Source of the DNA: Selaginella moellendorffii
Lineage: Eukaryota > Plantae > Lycopodiophyta
DNA: 64,000 nt
Direction of reading: 5' to 3'
Assembly: GCF_000143415.4 (NCBI RefSeq)
Contig: NW_003314276.1
Coordinates: 22,105-86,104, forward strand
How positions within the stretch are numbered: position 1 is the stretch's first letter; every line of letters begins with the position of its first letter. The position numbers and the translations under genes were made by a program. The notes beneath the pieces were generated by a model. The model did no database searches, was not told the DNA's origin, and saw only the letters and a list, made by a program, of their open reading frames with translations. Below are positions 61,804-64,000 of the stretch, in pieces.

Positions 61804-64000
61804 TGTAGCGCATGTGATCATGGGATGAGATTTGGATATACTGTCACCGTGGATCCTTAGAACCTTGGGGGATAAATGGGAATAAAACAGCCACTAAGGG
61901 CTCTCTCATCAAGCAATTGCCCCTTTTCGAATTGGTTTAAGGGGAGAAAGATAGGGTGCACTACATTTGGTATCAAAGAATGAGTCTCAGCGAGTACTAT
62001 TCAATGAGATTGGGCAACTACTCTCGTTGCATACGCAGAGATGAAAATGATGATCCGAGTGGGTACACGTTTGGGTGCAAAGACTTCGCAATGGTTCCTT
62101 GGGTATGGATTTGTTTACCTTTTTATACTATAATAATATGAGTTTGCTCTTGGGCTCACAAGGATGGATTTGAGGTGTACCATTTTACACGAGTTTGTGC
62201 TTGGGCTCGTGACTGAGGTATATTAGCAACTTGAGGTTTCACTTTAAGTTGGCAGAATTAATGTTAGCCTATCAGTGGTTCAATGAGTTGTTCCATGTAC
62301 CATGGGTAAGAGTAAACCTTCCCTAGGTTTGCTGTGAGTGGCAAGTAGGCTAGTCCATAGCTGCTCAGCACGGCACAGTGGATCCTTCCTAGGCATGATT
62401 ACAAGTGGACCAATCAAGACTATAGGGATTAGTCTACTAGTTCAAGTAATCATTGCCATGCTCTCTCATAAACTTTTCTTGGATTGAATTGAAGGCAGTG
62501 TGAACGCAAGCTTAAGGTTTAGTCAAAAGATAAAACCGAAAAGAGAGTCATCAAGGATGAAAGATCAAACACGTAAATCATTTTCTCTTCTTGGAGAGAT
62601 GATTTGCAACGAGGTGTGACTCATTACTCGTGTTCATATTATGCAATCAAGAGTCCCTACCTTGATGCATGTTGGAAGTGGTGGTCTTACAAGGAGTGAG
62701 TCATGGCATGGATAGCGGTGAAACACTATACCATTTTATCTAGGCTTACTATTGGAAGACTTGGGTTGCAATGTTTAATTCTTTTCTGGGGAACCTTGCT
62801 ATTGCTCCTTGAGTAGTCTGGTGTTGGATAAGTTTTGAGATTGGTTAGAAAGAGAGTGGCATGAGCTTGTCTGTGTTTATATCATATCCATGTGATAATG
62901 AGCAATGTGTTTATGAAGTTGCTTGGTTAAACAATGATCAACCCCAAAGTGGTTGATGGTGAAGCTAGTCTACTTGCACAAAGTAGCATTGTAGTAGCTT
63001 TGATTGGATTCTCGGTGGTGATCCATTATGTTAAGCTTAAGTTGGTACCTTGTTTCATTGAGAATGCCCATTGAGGTGTTGGAAATAGGGTTATAGCATT
63101 CACTTGCTATAGCTTGTTGGTTGATCCGTTAGCACTTGGAGTAGATTATTGGATGGAGAAGGTATGTAGTTGAAGCATTGACATCGCTAACACTTGTGTT
63201 AGTGGAAGTGGCATTGTTATTTCGAGTGATGAGGAATTTTCCTTAGAGCTTGATTTTCCATGTCATTTTTCTTGTTAGTATTTTGGCTTCACATTGGATC
63301 TTCAAGATGGTTGAAGAAAAATGTTAGTGCAATATGGATATCCGAAGATGTGGTTTTCGTGATCAAGCCTTTGATATTCATTTTGCACTTTGAGGATGTC
63401 GGTGTTGGATATCAGTTAGATGGGCAAAGATGTTCGATGCTTAAGCATGCTATGGGGTCATGAGAATTTATGTTAAGGTGAACTTATGTGAAGTTGTTGG
63501 TAGGAGAAACTTGGTTGAGTCTTGAAAGTTTGTATTCCTAGACTGAGAGTCATTCTTTCTCTAGCATGGAAATTTTCTACAAATTTTCTTAGGCTTTTCC
63601 AATGGCTGATCTGTTGATCACTTTGTCTGAAAACCATTCTATTTTTGTAAGCCAATACAAACTAGTGAAGGGGTTGGAGTTGACTTCGGTTGGCTTAGAC
63701 CTTGGTAAGTAGTTTGTATGATGTGAAACGAAAGGGGATGTTGACATTTTGGGGTTAAGGCAATTGAGTTGGATAGAGTCTGGAGTTGCTGTAGAAAAGT
63801 GGCCGTTGCACTTTTCTAGAAAGGTGACCCTTGTGCGTCTCTTTTATAGCGTTTTGCTTGGTGGTAGGTTGCACCTTGCATTTTGTTAGACTCTATGAGA
63901 GTAATGAGTTTTCACTGATCTTGACTTAGTCTTGGTAGCCCTGTGCCTTGGCTAAGGATGGTGATGTCCAACTTCGTTGTTTGAGTTTGAGGTGTTGGTA
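61804..64000 (+). mobile_element. Family D internal region preceded by a different 162-bp LTR-like terminus (61804-61965) and a PBS
   Basis: TGTAGCGCA...TGCACTACA then TTTGGTATCAAAG; downstream sequence is homologous to 44634-46280 and inverted relative to 34310-36290. Confidence 0.8.

Overview
This is eukaryotic, TE-rich plant DNA with several N gaps. An intact centriole gene (POC1) with 41-56 nt introns, together with chromodomain Ty3/gypsy elements, points to a flagellate-sperm land plant, most plausibly a Selaginella-like lycophyte (inference). 1-12.4 kb is a Helitron-shaped region with a divergent multi-exon RPA70-like gene, two hairpin+CTAG 3' ends, a Rep fragment, and intron-containing fragments of ARP5 and PICKLE/CHD3. 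POC1 lies at 13.7-15.6 kb. 16-64 kb is a nest of retroelements: an LPEAT2 pseudogene, a LINE, a near-complete chromovirus (GypsyA, 24894-32447), a decayed chromovirus (GypsyB), two non-autonomous LTR families (C and D) and a Cassandra (5S-bearing) TRIM. The main candidate novelty is a splicing-controlled LTR retrotransposon. First, GypsyA has two canonical GT-AG micro-introns (46 and 52 nt) inside integrase, both absent from GypsyB. Second, GypsyA and GypsyB each carry a 3n+1 micro-intron between the Gag zinc knuckle and protease, whose removal would give Gag-only protein. Third, a covarying multi-hairpin RNA with two tRNA-like T-loops sits in the 3' UTR of GypsyA and of a non-autonomous element whose coding region has decayed. 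All family assignments are from remembered motifs and by-eye alignment; no searches were run.
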